44,464 nucleotides of DNA, from positions 1-44,464 of the forward strand of contig JBGSUI010000002.1 of the NCBI GenBank assembly GCA_041736175.1. Reading direction: 5' to 3'. How positions within the stretch are numbered: position 1 is the stretch's first letter; every line of letters begins with the position of its first letter. The notes below the pieces were generated by a model. The model was given only the letters and a program-made list of their open reading frames with translations, ran no database searches and was not told where the DNA came from. A program made the translations under genes and the position numbers. This document shows positions 10,642-19,351 of the stretch, piece by piece. Source of the DNA: Oligoflexales bacterium. GTDB taxonomy: Bacteria; Bdellovibrionota_B; Oligoflexia; Oligoflexales; CAIYRB01.

Positions 10642-11340
10642 ATGACCAAGCAACTTCGGATGTTGATCCTTTTGTTGATGGCCACACTCACCTCCAGAGC
10701 TAGGAGTGAGTCCACAAACCTTGAGCTAACATTTAGCGAATACGGCAGAATGCGCGATTTCGTTATGGAGCAAATCGCTTCGGCAAAAAGCCGTGTTTGG
10801 CTCGTCACAGATTATTTAACCGATGGAGATATTGCGGCAGGACTTTTTGTAGCCAAATATAGAAAAATCGACACCCAAGTTTTGCTGTCCCAGCAAAAAT
10901 CCCAAAAATATATGTCTCGTTTAGGGAACTTAAAAAGCAATAACATACCTGTTTATTTAAAACCCAATTCGTTCGAATCTGAATTTCCTACAACCTTGCT
11001 GATCGACGATCGGTTATACTCTTTGGACAGCGAGCTAGATTTCTTGTCTAAGCAAAAGGTTTTCACTATGGTGCGCGGTACCACACCAGAGGTTTATGAA
11101 TTTGCCAGGCTGTTTGCCTTAGCTGTTGACGAAAAAAATATTGCTAAGCCTAAGGATATCCCCCTAGTGGGTCGAGCGGCGAGCCCTGAAATGGTGAAAA
11201 ATTTGTCAACAGATTCCCGTGAAGCGTATCATTACAATAAGACCCGAGAAAAAAAGCCCCCAGATGTCCCCGATCGGCTGCCCAAGTCCTTAAAGTGGGA
11301 CAAGAATCCCGAGCAGGGGAAAAGCCAAGGTGGTCAGTAA
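10642..11340 (+). CDS. Exported phospholipase-D-fold protein lacking the HKD motif
   Basis: PLD-like pattern (IASAKSRVWL..YLTDGDIA..L...LLIDD). The HxKxxxxD position reads FPTTLLID. Confidence 0.6.
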   Translation: MTKQLRMLILLLMATLTSRARSESTNLELTFSEYGRMRDFVMEQIASAKSRVWLVTDYLTDGDIAAGLFVAKYRKIDTQVLLSQQKSQKYMSRLGNLKSNNIPVYLKPNSFESEFPTTLLIDDRLYSLDSELDFLSKQKVFTMVRGTTPEVYEFARLFALAVDEKNIAKPKDIPLVGRAASPEMVKNLSTDSREAYHYNKTREKKPPDVPDRLPKSLKWDKNPEQGKSQGGQ

Positions 11341-11402
11341 GGTGTCCTGTGGATGGTCCCGTTGATGAATCCCGATGAGTCTTAAAGTAAAGGAGGTCTA
11401 TT

Positions 11403-11954
11403 GTGAGGCGGCAATTTTGGTCCCTAGGCATGGTGGCGTTCATGATCATTGGGTGTACCAAAATGTGTGGACTCAAACGATCGGGTATGTCCCCGGAACA
11501 AGTGGTCGAAGCCTACCTAGAAGTAGCCCTCAATATGACTTCTGTCAGTGATCGAGATCTTCTTGTCGAGTACACGACTGGCAACCTGCGAAACGCTATT
11601 GAGTCGGCCCCTCCGGAGACGATCAAAGTCGCCTACGTGGACCGTAAGTACACAATCGATAGTTATTCCGTCGTTCAGCGAAATGATAGAACACCTCGGG
11701 AGACTGAGATTGTTTTTCAGCTCACCTATCTGGATCATGGCGTCACCAATACCAAGTCAGAGGAAAGTCCTAAGGTGACTACAGAAAATACAGTGTCCGT
11801 CATCAAAGAAGGTGGTCTTTGGTACATTAGGGATGTTATCGGCAACAAAACTGGAATCGATTTCCCCGTCTCCGAAGATTCCAAAATCACGGCCAAAGCG
11901 GGAGTTATTACCAATCCAGGGCTTGATCAGGATGCAGCAGCCCCGGGGCCCTGA
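11403..11954 (+). CDS. Lipoprotein, possibly NTF2-like
   Basis: Lipobox IIGC. Pattern SPEQVVEAYL...VIKEGGLWYI. GGAGG RBS. Confidence 0.7.
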   Translation: MRRQFWSLGMVAFMIIGCTKMCGLKRSGMSPEQVVEAYLEVALNMTSVSDRDLLVEYTTGNLRNAIESAPPETIKVAYVDRKYTIDSYSVVQRNDRTPRETEIVFQLTYLDHGVTNTKSEESPKVTTENTVSVIKEGGLWYIRDVIGNKTGIDFPVSEDSKITAKAGVITNPGLDQDAAAPGP

Positions 11955-11991
11955 CTGGGCGAGGTCGTGACCTACTTAAGGTAGAAATTGG

Positions 11992-13197
11992 TTAGCTAGC
12001 CTTTTGTACGTCGGCAGCGCCAAGATAGTGTACCTGCTGGACGATGCTATCGTTGTTTTGCTTGGCGAAGCTAGGCTTGCGGCCACGTTTATTAGATCTA
12101 AATTGTCCGGCAATGCCACCTGATGAGTCAGATAATGCCCGTGCCCGTTGTAGTTTTTCTCTGATCAGGTCCTTAAGATCCGGGTCTTGCTGGATGAGAG
12201 CAATCTCCTGTTCGCATTCACGAAAATTTTTAAGTTTTAATGCAGCATTGATCAGCTCGCTGCCTATAGTTTTAGAATTAAACTGAGAAGCTACTTTAAG
12301 CAATGCACCTAGATGTTTGAGATAGACTTTGCGGGAATCATTATAGTCGTCCCCTTCAAGGCCGGCGATATGGTCGGCAAAAATATTTAGAAACAGACAG
12401 AAACGTTCCGGCTTTTTGAGCATATTCGTTTTAAAAGTTTCATAGACGATTTTTTGGCTTGCAAAATCAGCTTCGAGGACAAACGGGAGCGTGTCCAATA
12501 AAAACTGTAAGGCGATGCTTTCGCTTCTTTTGCGGAAGAGTAGGAAAAAGAGTTGGTCCAAAACCGTGTGGCCAAAACGCATCAGGATTTTGTTTACATA
12601 GGATCTGTTTGTCTGGTTGTGTTCGATGACTCCAAAGTAGTGGAGTAAGCTAAGGCGAATGGAGCTAGAGTTTTTGTTTGAAACCGAGACTAAGTAGGTT
12701 GCGACAAAATCAAGGAGTGGTTGCAAGCGCTGATAGCTTGCCGGATTAACTCTCTGAAGTTGGTGTAAATTTTTACCGAGCTCGCAGATGACGGCTACGG
12801 CCATCTCAAAGATTTTAATACTGAAACGCCTTTCGACGAGCTCTGCGGTGAGAGATACTTCGACCATAGCCCAGCAGGCTTCGTAATAATCAGGGCTCGC
12901 TAAGATCTCTTCAAGAAAAGCATCGATGTTTTTCTGGTCATTAGAGTTAGCTAACCAGATTAAAACCGATTCTACCAAAATCTCTGTTTGTAACCTGACA
13001 CCCGCTCTTTCCGTGAGGCGCTTAGCAAACTGTCGAATAATAATGAGCTCCTCATCTGCCGAAAAAGTTCTCTTAAGAGTTCTCATATTTCGCCATTTAA
13101 GCAAGACTCCATAGTCGATCAGTTCTATGGCTTGTTCAAGCTGAAGGGGCCCCCCCCAGTTCACTGGCGTGGCGTCGTTTGATACGTCTGCGTTCAT
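11992..13197 (-). CDS. Hypothetical alpha-helical protein
   Basis: 401-aa ORF with GGAGG RBS; no recognisable motif. Confidence 0.8.
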   Translation of the reverse strand: MNADVSNDATPVNWGGPLQLEQAIELIDYGVLLKWRNMRTLKRTFSADEELIIIRQFAKRLTERAGVRLQTEILVESVLIWLANSNDQKNIDAFLEEILASPDYYEACWAMVEVSLTAELVERRFSIKIFEMAVAVICELGKNLHQLQRVNPASYQRLQPLLDFVATYLVSVSNKNSSSIRLSLLHYFGVIEHNQTNRSYVNKILMRFGHTVLDQLFFLLFRKRSESIALQFLLDTLPFVLEADFASQKIVYETFKTNMLKKPERFCLFLNIFADHIAGLEGDDYNDSRKVYLKHLGALLKVASQFNSKTIGSELINAALKLKNFRECEQEIALIQQDPDLKDLIREKLQRARALSDSSGGIAGQFRSNKRGRKPSFAKQNNDSIVQQVHYLGAADVQKAS

Positions 13198-13262
13198 ACA
13201 TTCCTCCCAATTTGTTTATAGGAATCATTTTTACCTTACTTCCCTAGTCAAGCTTTTTATCG

Positions 13263-13826
13263 CTATTTTGCTTCTTTGTTTTGGGATTGTTTTAATTTAG
13301 GTTGATTGGCTTTGTCTACAGCGGCCTGAATTTCTTGGGAGATGGATTGATCTAAATCGATAAAATGAAGTCCGTAGCCAACGGCATATTTCATATCGGC
13401 ATTGTAGCGAATCACTGAGGCCGTCGCGTTAAAGGGTTTCGATAAAGCATCGCTGCGGACCGATAGCTTTAAATTTTCGCCAATGGTAAAGAGCCGGTCT
13501 TTCGTCTCCACAAAGATCCCGGTCGAAGAAATATTGACCCCAGACCCAATCACTAACTGCCCGTTATTATGGACGATGACCCGACCGTTGATGGTGGCTC
13601 TAGGTGCGGCCTCTCGGCGTTCGTTGGAGGATTTTGGAATTTTTGGAGGAATCAAGCCTATCTCCTCCATAGCATCTTCAATGGGCCTCCAGTCCTTCCA
13701 GCCTACCTTGAAAAGATAGGCGTCTTGAGGGATCATCTTAATAGTGATCATTTGTTTGACTTGGGATTCCCCGAAAGGTCCCAATTGCTGCCCATTTTGA
13801 TACACATACCAAACCTGCTCGCTCAT
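13263..13826 (-). CDS. GYF_2 (DUF4339) plus PilZ domain protein, putative c-di-GMP receptor
   Basis: WYVYQNGQQLGPF...GWKDW matches GYF_2. ERREAAPR and NISSTG match the PilZ motifs. Confidence 0.85.
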   Translation of the reverse strand: MSEQVWYVYQNGQQLGPFGESQVKQMITIKMIPQDAYLFKVGWKDWRPIEDAMEEIGLIPPKIPKSSNERREAAPRATINGRVIVHNNGQLVIGSGVNISSTGIFVETKDRLFTIGENLKLSVRSDALSKPFNATASVIRYNADMKYAVGYGLHFIDLDQSISQEIQAAVDKANQPKLKQSQNKEAK

Positions 13827-13902
13827 AGTGTCTGTCTCCAAATAGTAGGCGACTGATGTGGAAGGAGAGTTCCTGGTCTCCAGTGCAAGGAGCCCCTCCG
13901 TT

Positions 13903-13930
13903 TCATCGGAATTAACAATTATTCTCTTTA
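13903..13930 (-). promoter_or_regulatory. Sigma28/FliA-like promoter upstream of GYF-PilZ gene
   Basis: TAAA-N16-TCCGATGA, compared with the consensus TAAA-N15-GCCGATAA. Confidence 0.5.
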
Positions 13931-14055
13931 ATCAATTGCCTTAATTAATTTTAAACCCATATAAGAATAGGTAGTTAACAGCATCAAAATGGCGGCTATT
14001 AAAAAAGTTAAAGTTTTAAACAACACCATTCTGATTTTTTATCTCATGGGGGATT

Positions 14056-14619
14056 ATGAAAAACTATATTTTGCTGATAATTTTGGCTTTTATAAGTGTG
14101 GGGACCTCTGAAAAGGTTTGGGGTGCGGTGGGTATGGCTCCCTTTGACTATACCAAGGAGCCATCCACCGAAGATTGGCGGTATTTTCTGAAACTAGAGG
14201 ATTATGCCCAAGAAAAGCTATGGAATTCCTTTATCAAAAAAGGGGTTAAGCTGAGCGATTGGTCATGGGCGTGGCGGCTTGGGTGGATTAGGGCTTGCCA
14301 ATTAAATAAAAAAGACTTTTGTCAGCAGATATTAGTACAGTCTTTGGCAGACCGAGCAGCAGTGGTCCGGGGGGAAGGGGCGACGGTTTTAGGCCGCCTC
14401 TATGAAAAATCCGAACGCAAAGACCTGATTAAACATCTTGAAAAGTCAGGTCTAGACTCCAGAAATTTTAGAAATGGAAAACCACTTTTTGTTCAAAAAA
14501 GAATCATATTTGCCATTGTGGGAATAGGCGGGGTTGAGGCTCTAGGGTCTGCTGCTAAGATCGCTAAGACCCATAAAGAATTGGACAACTACCTAAAAAG
14601 GCTACAACATAAGAGATAG
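14056..14619 (+). CDS. Exported hypothetical protein with a HEAT-like helical segment
   Basis: Signal peptide; LADRAAVVRGEGATVLGRL is HEAT-like. Confidence 0.7.
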   Translation: MKNYILLIILAFISVGTSEKVWGAVGMAPFDYTKEPSTEDWRYFLKLEDYAQEKLWNSFIKKGVKLSDWSWAWRLGWIRACQLNKKDFCQQILVQSLADRAAVVRGEGATVLGRLYEKSERKDLIKHLEKSGLDSRNFRNGKPLFVQKRIIFAIVGIGGVEALGSAAKIAKTHKELDNYLKRLQHKR

Positions 14620-15663
14620 GTGATATGGAAAAACCTAATTAAGGCGCGGCAAATGATCAACCGTCATGTATTGTTTTTTTGGATGTGTTGGGTCTTTTTA
14701 ACCATCCATTCCGTTGGAGCAGCGGTCTATGCACAGGGGCTTCAGATCAAGCAAGTGATTAAGTCAAATTTCGGGGGTAAAGAAGTCGTCTCTGCAAACG
14801 AGTGGTTGATCCAAGGAGATAAGTTTAGGCTTACGGTGGCGAATGCCACGAACACCACCCAATACCTGTTTACGGGTACCCTTTTTTATATCTGTGGCAA
14901 ATTAAACTCACAGCAGCTCAAACAAATTGAAGCAAAATCAGTCAGCCCCCAAATCCTTGAAGGACTTAAACGAGGGACCTGCCAAGAGGTGCCGAGTAAC
15001 TTTATGGTTAGGTTTTTTCTCTCACCCATCACCTCGATTGAAAGCGTGGATCTTACCGATGGACTCAAACTGACGCTCGGCCTGGCGGCATTCCAAATCC
15101 AAAAGGGTAAAGAAGGCGCACCAGTCCCAGGTAAGGTCGCAGGGCTAGCCTGTAATCCCATGAAAAGGACCTATCACATCCAAAAAGGACGCGCAGACGG
15201 TGAAAAGTCGGTCGTTCAATCGACGATCAAAGCCCACGAGGATGTCTGTGTTGCACCAGTCGTCACTTGGAGGGGTGGGCTTTGGCGGGAGGTGATGAAG
15301 GCGGTCCTGAGGCAACCAGGAGGCGCCACCTTACTTGCTCCCCTGCGCAAGGATTATGGGGAGGTTCTAGGACTGGCCCTTAAAGGTCAGATCGATCAGG
15401 TGGTTTTAACCACCGGAAAACCCGAGCAAAAAATGCTCCTTACCCTGAATACGACCTCCCAGAAATCCATGGAGATAGGCCCCGAGATCTTTCGCTTGCC
15501 GGCAGGTTACTATCTCTTTAATCCAGAAAATGTCGGAGCCTCTTCCGGAGCCTCAGTCGCAAAGGCTGCTCCGGGTCAAAAACCCCAAGATCAAAAGAGT
15601 TTTGTTGATTTTCTCCATTCTGCTGTTTTTTGTGGGCTTGCCCAAGGGGTTTGTGTCCAGTAG
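14620..15663 (+). CDS. Exported hypothetical protein (DUF4412-like beta-rich)
   Basis: Signal peptide; VAGLAC and IFRLPAGY motifs; abuts the upstream stop codon. Confidence 0.65.
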   Translation: MIWKNLIKARQMINRHVLFFWMCWVFLTIHSVGAAVYAQGLQIKQVIKSNFGGKEVVSANEWLIQGDKFRLTVANATNTTQYLFTGTLFYICGKLNSQQLKQIEAKSVSPQILEGLKRGTCQEVPSNFMVRFFLSPITSIESVDLTDGLKLTLGLAAFQIQKGKEGAPVPGKVAGLACNPMKRTYHIQKGRADGEKSVVQSTIKAHEDVCVAPVVTWRGGLWREVMKAVLRQPGGATLLAPLRKDYGEVLGLALKGQIDQVVLTTGKPEQKMLLTLNTTSQKSMEIGPEIFRLPAGYYLFNPENVGASSGASVAKAAPGQKPQDQKSFVDFLHSAVFCGLAQGVCVQ

Positions 15664-15717
15664 TGAGAAAACCCTTGATGGCATCTGCCACTTTCATGTA
15701 AGTTCGACCCCTTGATT

Positions 15718-15794
15718 GGCCCCGTAGCTCAGCAGGATAGAGCAACAGCCTTCTAAGCTGTGGGTCGGGCGTTCGAGTCGCTCCGGGGTCGCCA
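15718..15794 (+). tRNA. tRNA-Arg(UCU)
   Basis: Cloverleaf with acceptor GGCCCCG/CGGGGTC, anticodon arm ACAGC-CTTCTAA-GCTGT, T loop TTCGAGT and encoded CCA. Confidence 0.97.
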
Positions 15795-15814
15795 TTTTCG
15801 AGTGAGTCTCACGC

Positions 15815-15845
15815 AAAAAACCGCAGAGCCAAAAAAGCTCTGCGG
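15815..15845 (-). terminator. Intrinsic terminator for the 15872-17458 gene; may also end the tRNA transcript
   Basis: CCGCAGAGC-N7-GCTCTGCGG preceded by AAAAAA. Confidence 0.8.
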
Positions 15846-15871
15846 AACTTAAGGGGAGACTAATAGAGACT

Positions 15872-17458
15872 CTACTTACAGATCAGTGGTTTAACGCATA
15901 GATCTGAGGGTATTTTGGTGACAGCGATGGTCGCTTGGTTTTCCAGTTGGCCATTATTAAGTGGGACCATGACGACGGCGACCCACTCTCCAGCTTTGGT
16001 TGGCACATAAGAAAGCCCCATGGTGCGTGCTTCCCGTACAAGGATTTCCACTTTAAGGTCATCGACTGCACCGAGGCCATTGGTGACGACCTTGTCGTCG
16101 ACCAAGTGCCAGATTGCTTTTTGAATCTCGCCGTAGGTGTAGCCAGGTTGGCCTAGGTATTTGTTAAGGAGCCAGTTGACTGCGGGCATGGCGGAGGGGC
16201 GCTCTAGGATTTTTTTGCGGTAGAGATTGTCCATATCATAACTTAAAAACACTTCACCGGTGTATTGTTTGCCCATTTCAATATTCCTATCGGTGTCAAT
16301 GCAAAACCCGTGGAGATCCTCAGTGGTTTTGGCAGCGCCTAGGACTAAGCCCGAAACACTGTAGTAGCTCTGGTTTTGGAGACCAGGATTGTTGAGGCTC
16401 CAGGTTGCGGTGCCAGTCTTAGCAATGACATCTTGAAACTTGTCGACGATATCCGAGCTGCAGGTGTTGTCGATCACAAAGTAGCTGATAGACTTTCCGT
16501 CTTTGTTGCGGATCGCCAGGACGAGATCTTCCCGCAGCGCTGCCATCCATGTGGTTTTTTTGGTGATGCTGCCAATCTGGTCAAGGGTCAAGACGAGCTT
16601 GTAGACTCCACCGTTGAGACTTAGATCAGCGATGCTATTTTGGCTGCTGTCAATCAGCTCGTGGAGGCCTACAGTGTTTTCACTATCGGTCGCCGAACGC
16701 TTTAATTGGTAAACATTTTTGTAGGTATGATGACCAACACCTAACAACAGGTGCTTATGGTCAAAGAGTTGACTGCATTGGCTAAGAGTGATCTCAAGGC
16801 TTGGTTTAGATCCTGCGGGTTGCAAAAACTGAGCAGAGACTTTACACAGAGGGGCAGGTTCGTTTTCCATGGAGAATTTTAGGTCTTGAATCTTGAGATT
16901 ATTTTCTAAGATGACGTCGGTGCGTTTGATTTCACTGTATTGGAATTTGACTTCTACAGTCGTGAGAAGGCAGCTTTTATCGGGACAGTCATTGTTGACC
17001 TCCTTGACAAAAGAAGTCACCAGCTTGCGGTCTAGGGTCTCATCTTTATCGTTTTTAAGGTCGAAAACGCTGAAGATAACGCCTTCTTTAGTGGCTCCAG
17101 TGGCTTGGGAGTAGGAGTAGATTGGATTTTCCACCGGGAGATTTACTAAGCCAGAAATATGAAAGGTCTTAAGGACGTATTCGCATCCTGTAGGGTCCCG
17201 GTCGAGGGTTACTTGTTGTTCTTCGGGTTTGAGAGAGAGGGAAATCACCGTCTTCTTATCGTCACAGAGGATGTCAACATCCTTTACAGACGCATTGAGC
17301 GGATTCTGGGTCAGATTAAAGTCCTTTGGTTTGAGACCAAAATCAATTCGATAGGCTTGCTCCGAACGAAGCGAAATCGGTTTAGCTTTGAAGGCCCCTG
17401 AGGAACAAGATACTACCAATAGACTGGCGATCGCTGGAAATGCAAAATAAATTTTCAT
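15872..17458 (-). CDS. Lipoprotein with C-terminal thioester-domain (TED/TQXA)-like region
   Basis: Lipobox LVVSC. Motifs GFCID (Cys386), EIQKAIW (Gln446/Trp450) and NQATI (Gln508). AAGGAG RBS. Confidence 0.7.
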   Translation of the reverse strand: MKIYFAFPAIASLLVVSCSSGAFKAKPISLRSEQAYRIDFGLKPKDFNLTQNPLNASVKDVDILCDDKKTVISLSLKPEEQQVTLDRDPTGCEYVLKTFHISGLVNLPVENPIYSYSQATGATKEGVIFSVFDLKNDKDETLDRKLVTSFVKEVNNDCPDKSCLLTTVEVKFQYSEIKRTDVILENNLKIQDLKFSMENEPAPLCKVSAQFLQPAGSKPSLEITLSQCSQLFDHKHLLLGVGHHTYKNVYQLKRSATDSENTVGLHELIDSSQNSIADLSLNGGVYKLVLTLDQIGSITKKTTWMAALREDLVLAIRNKDGKSISYFVIDNTCSSDIVDKFQDVIAKTGTATWSLNNPGLQNQSYYSVSGLVLGAAKTTEDLHGFCIDTDRNIEMGKQYTGEVFLSYDMDNLYRKKILERPSAMPAVNWLLNKYLGQPGYTYGEIQKAIWHLVDDKVVTNGLGAVDDLKVEILVREARTMGLSYVPTKAGEWVAVVMVPLNNGQLENQATIAVTKIPSDLCVKPLICK

Positions 17459-17523
17459 CTTCTTCTCCTTACAATAATTAATTTTCTACGACATGATTTT
17501 GAGCGTGTTCTATATAGATAAGG

Positions 17524-17540
17524 AGCACTTTTTATGCCAA
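17524..17540 (-). promoter_or_regulatory. Sigma54-like -24/-12 promoter
   Basis: TTGGCATAAAAAGTGCT (GG-N10-GC), about 65 nt upstream of the TED-like gene. Confidence 0.6.
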
Positions 17541-17719
17541 GAAGGAACCGTAAAGATATCAGTGACCTCCCAAACGGGGAGTGTAAAGATTTTGATCAAT
17601 TGGCAAAAAATAGTCGATAGTTTATTCGCGAGCATCATGTATTTTCTGTGATCGGTTTTACCTTGTAGAGCGATTTTACTTATTTTAAGCAGTTGAAATA
17701 ATAACGAAAATAAATCATT

Positions 17720-17746
17720 TAATTTTTGCCTGAATTATGCCGAAAA
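17720..17746 (+). promoter_or_regulatory. Sigma28/FliA-like promoter
   Basis: TAAT-N15-GCCGAAAA. Confidence 0.5.
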
Positions 17747-17789
17747 GAGCCTCTGGGAAGGAATATTCTCAATCTATGAGATAAGTGAG

Positions 17790-18512
17790 GTGGATATGAA
17801 TAGGTTGGATGTGTGTTTTATGGTCTTCTGGACTTTAGGTGGGTGCGCCCGCGAGACTCGAAAGGTAGAAATCTTGCCTCCGCCCAAGTCTAACTCCGGT
17901 AATGCATCACCGGACTTAAACAGCCGCGATGGGGCGGCGGCGGCGCCAGCAGGTACCCAAAGCTCACAAAATTCTAAAGCCAACGGTGCAGAGGGTTCTA
18001 AGGAAGAATCTCAACAGCCCTCTGGGTCCAAGGAGGATGGATCTAGTTCCGAGACAGGCCCAAAGCCGCCTAACTCTACGGTGCAGACAGGTAGTGAGTT
18101 TAGTGGTAAATACCAGCTTTTTTATAGCTTTCCATCACAAAACCGCAAGGACTGTCTCGCTAATCGAGGGGGGACCCAGATCGGGATCGTCCCGTGTAGT
18201 TACAGCAATCCTGACGTGGGATTTGAGATCAAATCAGTTGGGACTCAAGGCTACCATATCAAGGTCATGGCGACGGGTAAATGCATGGCCATAAATTTAA
18301 AAAGCAACTACGAGGACCCGGCCGCTGATTCCCTTATCCAAGGCCCCTGTGAACAAAATGAAACCCAAAATCCGTTTTTTTCCCTTGAACCTACCAAAGA
18401 ATTGACCAAGCTAACGATCCAAGGACTGTGCGTTAAAATTGGTTCCAAAGGAAATCTCTACCTAGCAGACTGCAATACCAGTTGGACCTGGTTTTCAAAA
18501 AGCGCCATGTAA
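17790..18512 (+). CDS. Lipoprotein with low-complexity linker and ricin-type beta-trefoil lectin-like domain
   Basis: Lipobox LGGC, then a Ser/Gly/Pro linker. Three subdomains carry Cys pairs (DCL..VPC, GKCM..GPC, GLCV..ADC..W). Confidence 0.7.
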   Translation: MDMNRLDVCFMVFWTLGGCARETRKVEILPPPKSNSGNASPDLNSRDGAAAAPAGTQSSQNSKANGAEGSKEESQQPSGSKEDGSSSETGPKPPNSTVQTGSEFSGKYQLFYSFPSQNRKDCLANRGGTQIGIVPCSYSNPDVGFEIKSVGTQGYHIKVMATGKCMAINLKSNYEDPAADSLIQGPCEQNETQNPFFSLEPTKELTKLTIQGLCVKIGSKGNLYLADCNTSWTWFSKSAM

Positions 18513-18593
18513 ACAGCGATCCTATATAAAAGGAAAGAGTCCAAAACCCATAGACTAGGGATCTGGACTCTCAGCATAATCGGTCTTTGAGGC

Positions 18594-19247
18594 TTAGTAG
18601 CCGTAGTTGTTGTAGCCGCCGTTATAACCATAGGAGCTATAGCCGTAGCTGGCGTACACTTGGGGACGGCTATAGTAGTAGTAGTTGTATCCACCGTAGC
18701 CATAGGTTTGAGGATAGGAATTGTAGGAGTAGCTTTGGCCGTAGGAGTAATAGCTTGGTTGGTAGCAGCTGTTAAACCTGTTGTTATAACCATAGGAATA
18801 ACGACCAAAAAACCATGACTGCGTCGACGATGTTTTGTCGAGCTCGTCTTCCTTAGCAATCGATTCGGGGGTAGCAGCATTGTCGAAGGCGTCGACGATG
18901 GCTGCGTCAGCCACGGTTTGGGGCTGATCTTGAAGCCGAAGCTCGGCCTTTGTTAGGTCTTCCTTGCCTTCGGCATCGACGGGGACTCGGACCACAGCGG
19001 CGGCAGGAAGGGTCACATTGGTCGTCGTGGCTACAGGAGCCACAGGAGCCTCAGCGGTTGGTGCCGCAGTTTGTGGCTCAGCCTTTGGTGCTTCAGCTTT
19101 GGGGGCTTCAGCCGTTGGCTCAGCAGCAGGAACTGCAGATTCAGATTGTGGTTCTGGCGCTGCGGCTTCATCCTTATTTTTAGAGGACGAGCCGCAGGCG
19201 ACTAAAGATAAACAAGATAACATTGAGATTGTGTTGACTAACTTCAT
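18594..19247 (-). CDS. Lipoprotein with Ala/Pro/Glu linker and Tyr/Gly/Ser/Asn-rich tail
   Basis: Lipobox LVAC; ATG 19247 after AAGGGAG; the last 73 aa contain 25 Tyr. Confidence 0.8.
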   Translation of the reverse strand: MKLVNTISMLSCLSLVACGSSSKNKDEAAAPEPQSESAVPAAEPTAEAPKAEAPKAEPQTAAPTAEAPVAPVATTTNVTLPAAAVVRVPVDAEGKEDLTKAELRLQDQPQTVADAAIVDAFDNAATPESIAKEDELDKTSSTQSWFFGRYSYGYNNRFNSCYQPSYYSYGQSYSYNSYPQTYGYGGYNYYYYSRPQVYASYGYSSYGYNGGYNNYGY

Positions 19248-19351
19248 TGTGAATACTCCCTTCAAGTTGGTGATTTGATTTGTAACACAATGCAATTTAG
19301 TAAACAAGATATTTTTTAAACAAAAATAAGCGATCTTTTTATTCTAATTAA

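Noticed and set aside
18458..18880. 140-aa Thr-rich ORF overlapping the Tyr-rich gene
   Set aside because: Alternative frame of the TAC/TAT-rich repeats. The lipobox frame has the RBS and signal peptide.
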